Assembly (NCBI GenBank): GCA_044236265.1
Contig: JBIIGV010000090.1
Location: forward strand, 1-11,842
DNA length: 11,842 nucleotides
DNA from: Oligoflexales bacterium
Lineage (GTDB): Bacteria; Bdellovibrionota_B; Oligoflexia; Oligoflexales; RGVZ01
Direction of reading: 5' to 3'
Part shown: piece after piece, positions 5,469-11,842 of the stretch
Position numbering within the stretch: position 1 is the stretch's first letter
Layout: each line of letters starts with the position of its first letter
Notes under the pieces: model-generated
Seen by the model: only the letters and a program-made list of their open reading frames with translations
What the model was told of the DNA's origin: nothing
Database searches by the model: none
Position numbers and translations under genes: made by a program

Positions 5469-7811
5469 CTAGAATTCATCATCTCTAATCATTGATGATT
5501 TACAGGTGTCTACAGTCCACGCGCCAGTTTTCAACGAGGCTTTGCAGTCGATACTTGTTGCTAGACCTATTTCCTTACAAGCATCCTTAACTCGAAAATT
5601 TATCTTTACTTCACCGTCGACCATATCCGCAAACGGCGATACGTCGAACGTTTGAAAGTATCCACCGCACTTATCAGGGCTGAATCGAAAGCCGTCATTT
5701 CTTGACCAGATTTTTAAAATATCTTTTAGTCGGGGAGCTGGGCGCCGAACACCCGAGTGGACTGACTCACACTCATCGATCATCCAATCTTCAGCTCTAC
5801 AACGGACCACGGGTGCTGAATTTCCGGCATAGTAATCGATTGAAGCTCGTCCGCTTCCCTCTGAAGAAACTTTGCCTACATAACGGAACGAAGAATCGGG
5901 TCTGAACGATCCCCATTGCTGCAATTGACCATTATCAAACTGACAATAGGCCGCCTTCACTTTGCTAGCGTACCAGATCTCTGTTTCGCCATGTAGTTGT
6001 CCCTCATGCCAAGGCGATCTGACACGCATGCTACCCGTCGAATCTCTAAGGATTACGTCGCCATTCAGGAGTCCTGCTCGATAGGGAATGTCTCCCACCA
6101 CAAGCCCCTTGCGATTCCTGACCAAGACATGACCTTCCACCGATCCTCCCTCAAATCTCGCCTCGGCTATGGTACGCCCGCCATGTCGGATTTCCATCAA
6201 ACCATGAGCTTTTCCACCGGTGTAATTTAGTGAGAATAACGTTCGGCCATGAGGGTCGCGCCACAACATGCGGCCATGGAGTTGATCGTCGGAATATTCT
6301 CCGTGGAAACCTTCCACGCCGTTTTCATAAAAAACGCTTCCAACCCCAAAACGCCGACCACCAGCGAATTCGAGCTCACCTGCGCGCGCACCGCTGGGGA
6401 ACCACCAAATGAGTGCCCCATCTTTTTTTCCATTTTGATAAGGCTGCCAATAATGCGGTCTACCATCTGCATAAAATCCGCCACGGAAGGTAACTCGACC
6501 ACCCTCATCAATCACATCAAATGAACGCGGTTGTCCGTTCTTATACCAAGAAATATTCCTCAGCGTCTTGACACCACGCAGTTGATTTATCCACTCAACA
6601 TCGCCACGATCGCCAAAAAAAACATGACGCGACTCCGATGAGTCACCATCGCGCGCCGCTTTTACGTCGCCACTTTGGGTAAACCAAATCTCAGAATTTA
6701 TAGACTTGCTCGAGTCAATATAACGTACCGAAAACTCATCCGAATCAGCATCAAGTTTGCCCTCGATGCGAAGCGATTGGACGACCGTTGATAAGATGAC
6801 CGTCCCCTCTGCCAAATCACCTTCCTCAGCTGCAAGGACAAAACCAATTTGGTTTTTGTCAACGCTGCGGCATGCAAAAAGCTCGAGCCATCCTCGCTCG
6901 TTCCAACGGACTTCGGACCATAAGCCACCTCGTGTCTCACAATCTTTTTTCAGAGGCGACGCACTGACCGCGGCAGCTAACACTAAACTTCTGACGGACT
7001 GTTCAATCGAAGTATCTCGGCGGATCAAATTGGCTAGGTCTGATAAACTCAAGGCTCCCAGATTGATTCGACCATTCAATCGATCAAGTGCATCCATCCA
7101 TCCATGCGAATGATGATCTGACGTCTCATGGGAAATGACATTTGTATCGCTGATGTCAGAGTCAATAGATAGCCCATCCGGCTTCATGATCAAATTCACC
7201 AAAGTTGCCTCGAGTCGCGATGAGCTCGCCAAATGCGAAGCGACCTCCCAGGGAGAAAACCTAAGCGCGTAGTCCACGGGAATGTGATTTCCAGGCTCTC
7301 TTTCACAAAAATCTGCCGCCGGTATCCCCGCAAACATGTCACGCCCCGTAGCAGTGGTGAGCTCCTGTGAATCCTCGAACTGCTTGTAGCCTTGCAGGCT
7401 AAGATAGGTCAATTGGAGCCGTTCCTGGGGAGCAGGAGCCTTGATTCCACATCCGGAAAAGACCATGCTCTCATCCACACGACGAAGCCAGTCATCTTGC
7501 CGCTGCGTAGTGGTCACAAATGATGTCGTTCCGGCTGAAGAAAGAGCCCTTAAAAGATCTAGTGACCAAAAGCGCTCAAGTACCGATTCCACTGACCTGC
7601 GAATTTCTCGCGGGTATCGACGCGTTAAGAGTTCTTGCTCAGCAGATGAGAGTTCGCGTCGGTCACCGAGCGCCGGGAATTTTTCTATCGTAGGTCGCAC
7701 CAAAGTTGATTTAATTGCAGCAAGCTTGGTCCGTGATGTGTCTTCTTTCGCTTGGAGGGTGAGAGGCAGCGAAATACCTATCAGGAAACCAGCCATGCTA
7801 GCGATCAGCAT
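5469..7811 (-). CDS. Large exported protein with a MORN-variant (YwqK-like) repeat region, an uncharacterised N-terminal domain and a Cys-containing C-terminal domain
   Basis: Signal-like N-terminus ending LTLQA. The ATG at 7811 overlaps the upstream TGA (TGATG) and has a GGAG RBS; the ORF track uses the TTG at 7814. Repeats of about 24 aa such as WYKNGQ, FYADGR..YQNGKKDG, WFPSGA..FAGGRRFG and FYENGV..YSDDQLHG. Confidence 0.8.
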   Translation of the reverse strand: MLIASMAGFLIGISLPLTLQAKEDTSRTKLAAIKSTLVRPTIEKFPALGDRRELSSAEQELLTRRYPREIRRSVESVLERFWSLDLLRALSSAGTTSFVTTTQRQDDWLRRVDESMVFSGCGIKAPAPQERLQLTYLSLQGYKQFEDSQELTTATGRDMFAGIPAADFCEREPGNHIPVDYALRFSPWEVASHLASSSRLEATLVNLIMKPDGLSIDSDISDTNVISHETSDHHSHGWMDALDRLNGRINLGALSLSDLANLIRRDTSIEQSVRSLVLAAAVSASPLKKDCETRGGLWSEVRWNERGWLELFACRSVDKNQIGFVLAAEEGDLAEGTVILSTVVQSLRIEGKLDADSDEFSVRYIDSSKSINSEIWFTQSGDVKAARDGDSSESRHVFFGDRGDVEWINQLRGVKTLRNISWYKNGQPRSFDVIDEGGRVTFRGGFYADGRPHYWQPYQNGKKDGALIWWFPSGARAGELEFAGGRRFGVGSVFYENGVEGFHGEYSDDQLHGRMLWRDPHGRTLFSLNYTGGKAHGLMEIRHGGRTIAEARFEGGSVEGHVLVRNRKGLVVGDIPYRAGLLNGDVILRDSTGSMRVRSPWHEGQLHGETEIWYASKVKAAYCQFDNGQLQQWGSFRPDSSFRYVGKVSSEGSGRASIDYYAGNSAPVVRCRAEDWMIDECESVHSGVRRPAPRLKDILKIWSRNDGFRFSPDKCGGYFQTFDVSPFADMVDGEVKINFRVKDACKEIGLATSIDCKASLKTGAWTVDTCKSSMIRDDEF
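5890..6550 (-). repeat. Protein-level MORN-variant repeat array (about 9 degenerate units)
   Basis: Periodic [YFW]-x-x-G-x-x-x-G...[WF][YF]-x-x-G pattern in the translation. No exact DNA repeats seen; boundaries are approximate. Confidence 0.7.
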
Positions 7812-9640
7812 CAAAACACTCCCTGACCTTCGGAGACGAAAGGAACTCTCACTGCAGGTTGACCTCTTTCTTCAGAGTAGACCATGTAACTGATTCCCTC
7901 GGGGGCAGCTCCAACTCCATCGCGAATAGAGAGATTCTTTTGGATCCACGATGATAAAATCTTATCCATCCTGGCATCAGCTTGCTTGAACTTATTTGGG
8001 CTGTCAGGCTCTCGACTATCGGCACCGATCCATGCGGCGACCACCACATCGCGTCTTGGAATAATCCACCAAGAGTTCCATCCCTTGACTGACTTCATGG
8101 CGGGTTCTCCAGCGAGAGGTGATTTATCCTGGGTCGATCCAATCGCCATCCATTTTCTAACAACCCATGCAATGACCGGATCAATGCGGGCCGAATATCT
8201 CATCGTGACTTCATCTGATGAATAGATTGATTGACCGGAATCCAGGACACTGGTCACCATACCTCGGGGTACAAACTGTCGGGCACCGCTAATACCGAGG
8301 AAGGCGCGAGCGATATTCAATGGACTACCGTGCATCTCGTCGATAGCCATGGCATCTTTCACAACAAATCCCAAACCCATCAGCTTGTCACGGACGAGGC
8401 CATAACCAATTTCAGGAGCAATCTGTTCAGCCTCTGCGAAGCGACTACGCACAGCCGCTTCCGCAATGGAAGCGTATCCATCGACTTTAACCAATCCTTT
8501 TTCAACGCCCCATGCAAATACAATCGGATATACTGCTGCGCCGTAGGGACGATACAGATCAAAGGCCCGGTTAAACTGGTTTTCATAAAAGTTGGTCCCG
8601 CCAACCATCGCTCGAATGTCGCCTGTTTTAGCATCCAAAACAACGGCGGCTGCATCCAATCCGTCGCGCCTGATGTTCTTCAAGTCACGTTTTATCAGGG
8701 ATTGAAGCGATAGCTGCCAATCACGATCAATCGTTGTATTGACGACTAATCCAGTTTTCGGAAGATTTTTCTGCTCGAGGCGTCGCCACAACTCAAGTCG
8801 CACCGACTCTGTCACCCAAGGGGCTCGCGCAGCAACTTCTATACGATTGGGTGCGATCTGAATTTTCTCAGCAACAGCTTTTTCAAAACTTTCGGCTTTA
8901 ATACGTTTGAGTTTTTTTAATCGATTTAAAACATACCGCTGGCGGTCTTGGGCAGCAGAAAATCGCACATGTGGAGCATAGCGGGACGGTGCTTGAGGAA
9001 GACCGGCAATCATTGCCGCCTCCGCCAGAGAAACTTTGCTGATAGGTTTATTAAAATAGTGTCGCGCAGCAGCTTCGACGCCCCACGCATTATTTCCAAG
9101 ATAAACGCTGTTAAGCCAAAGCTCCAAAATCTCTTGCTTTGCCATCTGACGTTCCAGAGTCAAAGCCATGACCACTTCCTGAAACTTGCGAAGTAATGTC
9201 TTGTCACGAGACAACAACAGCTGGCGAACAAGCTGCTGCGTGATGGTGCTTCCACCTTCGGCATAGCGATCCTTCTTGATGTTGGCTGCGAGAGCGCGGA
9301 TCAGCGCTTTTGGACTAACCCCAATATGGTTGAAAAACCCAGAGTCCTCGGCCGCAATGAAAGCAGCCCTGACTCGCTTTGGAATTTCTTTATAAGGCAC
9401 AATAAATCTTGTTTGATCGCTAAAGACACCAAGGTCTCTTCCTCGAAAGTCGCGAACTTCGGTCGTAATTTGCATCTCTTCAGACTTAGCACGGACAGCT
9501 GCTGCCACATCAAATGAGACTTGTTTCAAAACAAAATACGATCCTATCAAGCATAGGATGGTAATAAACATACCCACCATTGCGAGATACGTCAGCCATG
9601 GTCTTTGACGGATTTGATTCTCACTGCGTTGAAAGGACAT
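7811..9640 (-). CDS. PBP1A-like class A penicillin-binding protein: intact GT51 transglycosylase, degenerate transpeptidase domain
   Basis: N-terminal TM anchor. GT51 motifs AEDSGFFNHIG (E98), GGSTITQQLVR, RKFQE, ILELWLNSVYLG and IAGLPQAPS are present. The TP scaffold is recognisable (AAVVLDAKTGDIRAMVGG...FNRA), but SxxK reads AAVY, SxN reads SRF and KTG reads KSV. Confidence 0.9.
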   Translation of the reverse strand: MSFQRSENQIRQRPWLTYLAMVGMFITILCLIGSYFVLKQVSFDVAAAVRAKSEEMQITTEVRDFRGRDLGVFSDQTRFIVPYKEIPKRVRAAFIAAEDSGFFNHIGVSPKALIRALAANIKKDRYAEGGSTITQQLVRQLLLSRDKTLLRKFQEVVMALTLERQMAKQEILELWLNSVYLGNNAWGVEAAARHYFNKPISKVSLAEAAMIAGLPQAPSRYAPHVRFSAAQDRQRYVLNRLKKLKRIKAESFEKAVAEKIQIAPNRIEVAARAPWVTESVRLELWRRLEQKNLPKTGLVVNTTIDRDWQLSLQSLIKRDLKNIRRDGLDAAAVVLDAKTGDIRAMVGGTNFYENQFNRAFDLYRPYGAAVYPIVFAWGVEKGLVKVDGYASIAEAAVRSRFAEAEQIAPEIGYGLVRDKLMGLGFVVKDAMAIDEMHGSPLNIARAFLGISGARQFVPRGMVTSVLDSGQSIYSSDEVTMRYSARIDPVIAWVVRKWMAIGSTQDKSPLAGEPAMKSVKGWNSWWIIPRRDVVVAAWIGADSREPDSPNKFKQADARMDKILSSWIQKNLSIRDGVGAAPEGISYMVYSEERGQPAVRVPFVSEGQGVF

Positions 9641-9659
9641 CTTTCACCAAATATAATTT

Positions 9660-10424
9660 TTAGGCTTGGCCCTTTAGCAACTGCCTGAATTTAGCCGCTT
9701 TCTGCCTTATCTGATCTGCAGTCATGGATCGATGATAAAGATTTTTGTCACTCGAAGGATCTTTCTCCTTTGATGCTGCAACTTGCTCTAAGGCAAAAGC
9801 CGCGCGATCCAAAGCCTCTTTAGACATATCTTTCTGATCCGCATATTTATCTAAAAGCAGCGTGTAGCGATATGCGCACGAGTGCCAAATTTCAAGCTTA
9901 CAATAGAAGCGAGCCACAAACTGGATACTCTCAGCAAGACGCCGACGACCTTTCGCCACCATGTCTTTCGATTTATTGGCCAGCTCCGTATTCGGGTACT
10001 TCTGAATCACCTCTTGCCATTGAACTACGGCTTTCTCTGTGTACTCCTGTTCCCGACTTGGCGCTTCCGGAGAATCTTCCCAGTAGCTCTCCGCGATTCG
10101 GTACAAAGCATAGTCCGATCGCGGATGCTTCGGATGCAGTTTCACAAATGTATCGTAGGCAGCCGCGGCCTCCTGATAGCGCTCCAGTTTAAATTGACTG
10201 TCCGCGATCAGCAGTTCGGCTTCGGTGGAAAATTGGCTGTAGGGAAATCGAGCTCGAAATTCACCCAGCTTTTTGATCGCTTCCTCGTAGTGCTCATCAT
10301 CATAGGGCTCTTTAGCAATGCCGAACGACTTTTTAGGATCATTCGGATCAAACTCTTTCTCAGAGCATCCAGCAAGGACTGCCGCCAAAAACATGACTTT
10401 AAAGGACAACTTGTGGCGCAGCAT
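9660..10424 (-). CDS. bamD: Outer membrane protein assembly factor BamD (TPR lipoprotein)
   Basis: Lipobox LAGC and TPR motifs RFPYSQFSTEAELLIAD, FVKLHPKHPRSDYALY, REQEYTEKA and VARFY typical of BamD/YfiO. I place the start at ATG 10424 because GGAGG lies 7 nt upstream and the signal peptide then has normal length; the ORF track starts at 10469. Confidence 0.92.
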   Translation of the reverse strand: MLRHKLSFKVMFLAAVLAGCSEKEFDPNDPKKSFGIAKEPYDDEHYEEAIKKLGEFRARFPYSQFSTEAELLIADSQFKLERYQEAAAAYDTFVKLHPKHPRSDYALYRIAESYWEDSPEAPSREQEYTEKAVVQWQEVIQKYPNTELANKSKDMVAKGRRRLAESIQFVARFYCKLEIWHSCAYRYTLLLDKYADQKDMSKEALDRAAFALEQVAASKEKDPSSDKNLYHRSMTADQIRQKAAKFRQLLKGQA

Positions 10425-10767
10425 TAAAGCCCTCCAAATAATTGATGAATTCCTGACTGTCAGAGTCACACATGCATTCGCGATATGTCAACAAGGAGCA
10501 GCAGTTGTGAAAAATCCAGCAAACCCTTGCAGATCAATCCATTCAAAGAGGGTATTTATCGCATGTGCGCGTATGGATGATTTTTTCTCTCTTCTTACCA
10601 TAAGATTCTATAATTATTGATTTAAAATCAGGACTGCCGCGCGTCTTGTGCACAGCTCAGCTCGAGTTTGTCCAAGCCGTTAGCTTTTCCCTTGCGAACC
10701 TCAGTTGGCATCGGTAAAACCCCGCCCATCATCGGCATGAACTGATTTTTCACCACCAGGAGGACCC

Positions 10768-11523
10768 ATGCCCTCAAGTTTGATGAACACTTTAGCCAAG
10801 TCGCTTATTTTGTTTGTTTTTCTAAGTTCATGTGGACGCGATACCAGCCCATCCTCTGTTATCAACAGCGCAAGCGAGAGATTTTGGCAAGTGTCTTACC
10901 CCTCTGACACCCAGTTGGATTCATCCCACACATTAATGCCATATATGAGAGCGGCTGCATCGCGTGAACTGCCGTTACGCTTTTTTAGAGAATTGATTCA
11001 AGCTAAGTCAGCTGTGTCAGTCGTTGAAGGCAGCTGGCCAAGCTATCGTCCCGGTTACTTTTACGGCGGTACCATTTACATGCCATCATCTGCAACCCCT
11101 GATGCATGGAGCCGTTTGGAGTGGTCATCTTTCTACAACGAACTCTTCCACGCCTGGTACGGATTAGTGTTCAAAAAGCAAGACCTGTTTGCCGCCACGC
11201 GCGCTCAGGTTCAAACTGAAGAAAGAATGGCTCATTATCGAAAGGCTCATCCATCAGACCCGGAGCTTGCTCAAGAGGAGGCATGGTCAGAGACTGTGGC
11301 TGCGATCATGATCGAGCTCACCCCGGTGAAAATGAATGACAAGTGGAAATATCCAGACATTGCGAACATGAAGTATGCGGTTGGCAGAACGGTGTCTCCG
11401 GTGTCTCACAGTGACCGCCCGGGTTATACCCCTGCCGCCGAGGAGACCTATCCCGCTGAATGGGAGTATACGATCTTGTTCAAACTTCTCACCATGGTCG
11501 CTCTACCTTCAACAGGAAATTAA
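10768..11523 (+). CDS. Hypothetical lipoprotein with a zincin (gluzincin)-like motif variant NELFH...EEAWSE
   Basis: AGGAGG RBS at 10758-10763 and lipobox LSSC. The pattern GTIYMP...FYNELFHAWY...EEAWSETVA matches the strand / HExxH helix / ExxxE helix order of gluzincins, except that the first His is Asn. Confidence 0.7.
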   Translation: MPSSLMNTLAKSLILFVFLSSCGRDTSPSSVINSASERFWQVSYPSDTQLDSSHTLMPYMRAAASRELPLRFFRELIQAKSAVSVVEGSWPSYRPGYFYGGTIYMPSSATPDAWSRLEWSSFYNELFHAWYGLVFKKQDLFAATRAQVQTEERMAHYRKAHPSDPELAQEEAWSETVAAIMIELTPVKMNDKWKYPDIANMKYAVGRTVSPVSHSDRPGYTPAAEETYPAEWEYTILFKLLTMVALPSTGN

Positions 11524-11534
11524 AGGTCGGTGTT

Positions 11535-11842
11535 TTATCCTGGCTGACAATCAGCCAGTTTAGCTTCAATAGTTAATGCCTTCTCTTTGCCGAGCTCCAC
11601 ACGCATCGGGATGCGTTGCGTCGATTTGCGCGTGACAATCCATGAATAATCAAATCCGATGATTTTCGGCTCTCCACAACCTAGCTGTGGAAACGCCTCC
11701 TTGGAGCCCGCATCCGCTTGAAGCTCAATAATCTCCTCTCGCTGTCGAACGCGTGACGCATCACCAAGTTTAGTTTGTGCGTTCCCAAGTGATACGGATC
11801 CAAGCTTTAATTCCGCCAAGAGATCTAGTTCTGGGCCTGGCT
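11535..11842 (-). CDS. C-terminal fragment of a hypothetical protein; the gene starts outside the window
   Basis: The frame of ORF 11535..11819 stays open to the window edge (PGPELDLLAELKLG...), so the TTG at 11819 is probably internal. The stop converges on the neighbouring gene with an 11-nt gap. Confidence 0.6.
   Translation of the reverse strand, partial: PGPELDLLAELKLGSVSLGNAQTKLGDASRVRQREEIIELQADAGSKEAFPQLGCGEPKIIGFDYSWIVTRKSTQRIPMRVELGKEKALTIEAKLADCQPG

Noticed and set aside
5469..7811. Toxin-antitoxin system implied by YwqK-like repeats
   Set aside because: There is no adjacent toxin gene, the protein is large and has a signal peptide, and the similarity reflects generic MORN-variant repeats.
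7441..8713. Plus-strand ORFs 7441..7893, 7986..8225 and 8231..8713
   Set aside because: Antisense to the MORN and PBP genes; no motifs or convincing RBS.
7811..9640. Calling the PBP a pseudogene or naming it mrcA/ponA
   Set aside because: The frame is intact with complete GT51 motifs and coupling to the next gene, so it is not a pseudogene. Loss of the TP motifs makes the mrcA/ponA symbol misleading.
10425..10469. ORF-track start of bamD at 10469
   Set aside because: ATG at 10424 has a GGAGG RBS at proper spacing and yields a normal lipoprotein signal peptide.
9872..10620. Plus-strand ORFs 9872..10192, 9882..10427 and 10318..10620
   Set aside because: Antisense shadows of bamD or run-ons into its promoter region, without coding hallmarks.
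10617..10631. FNR/CRP-family box (TTGAT...ATCAG)
   Set aside because: Half-site spacing is 5 nt rather than the 4 nt of TTGAT-N4-ATCAA, so I kept it only as an unassigned palindrome.
1..11842. CRISPR arrays, tRNA/rRNA genes, IS elements, prophage genes, intrinsic terminators at the convergent junctions (1363-1380, 5465-5468, 11524-11534)
   Set aside because: I saw no spaced direct repeats, cloverleaf or rRNA signatures, transposase/integrase motifs, or GC hairpin plus U-tract structures by eye.

Overview
Gene-dense bacterial chromosomal segment from a diderm (it has bamD and several lipoproteins). A Bdellovibrionota/Oligoflexia-like or deltaproteobacterial origin is only a low-confidence impression. 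From left to right: (1) 5' part of an RluA-family pseudouridine synthase, missing from the ORF track, with HFLD in place of HRLD; (2) a secreted monoheme c-type cytochrome with cytochrome P460/c'-beta-like features; (3) a LEA_2/WHy lipoprotein; (4) a polyprenol-phosphate glycosyltransferase (GT2) fused to a Cys-rich segment and a SAM methyltransferase, divergent from (5) a DUF6311-like, probably GT-C, membrane protein; (6) a tightly coupled minus-strand operon of bamD, a class A PBP with an intact transglycosylase but a degenerate transpeptidase, and a large exported MORN-variant repeat protein; (7) a lipoprotein with an NExxH...EExxxE zincin-like motif; (8) the 3' end of a truncated hypothetical gene. 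I saw no RNA genes, CRISPR arrays or mobile elements. The best candidates for an undescribed system are the bamD/pseudo-transpeptidase PBP/MORN envelope operon and the GT2-methyltransferase plus GT-C glycan-modification module. All family assignments come from motif recognition by eye, not database searches.
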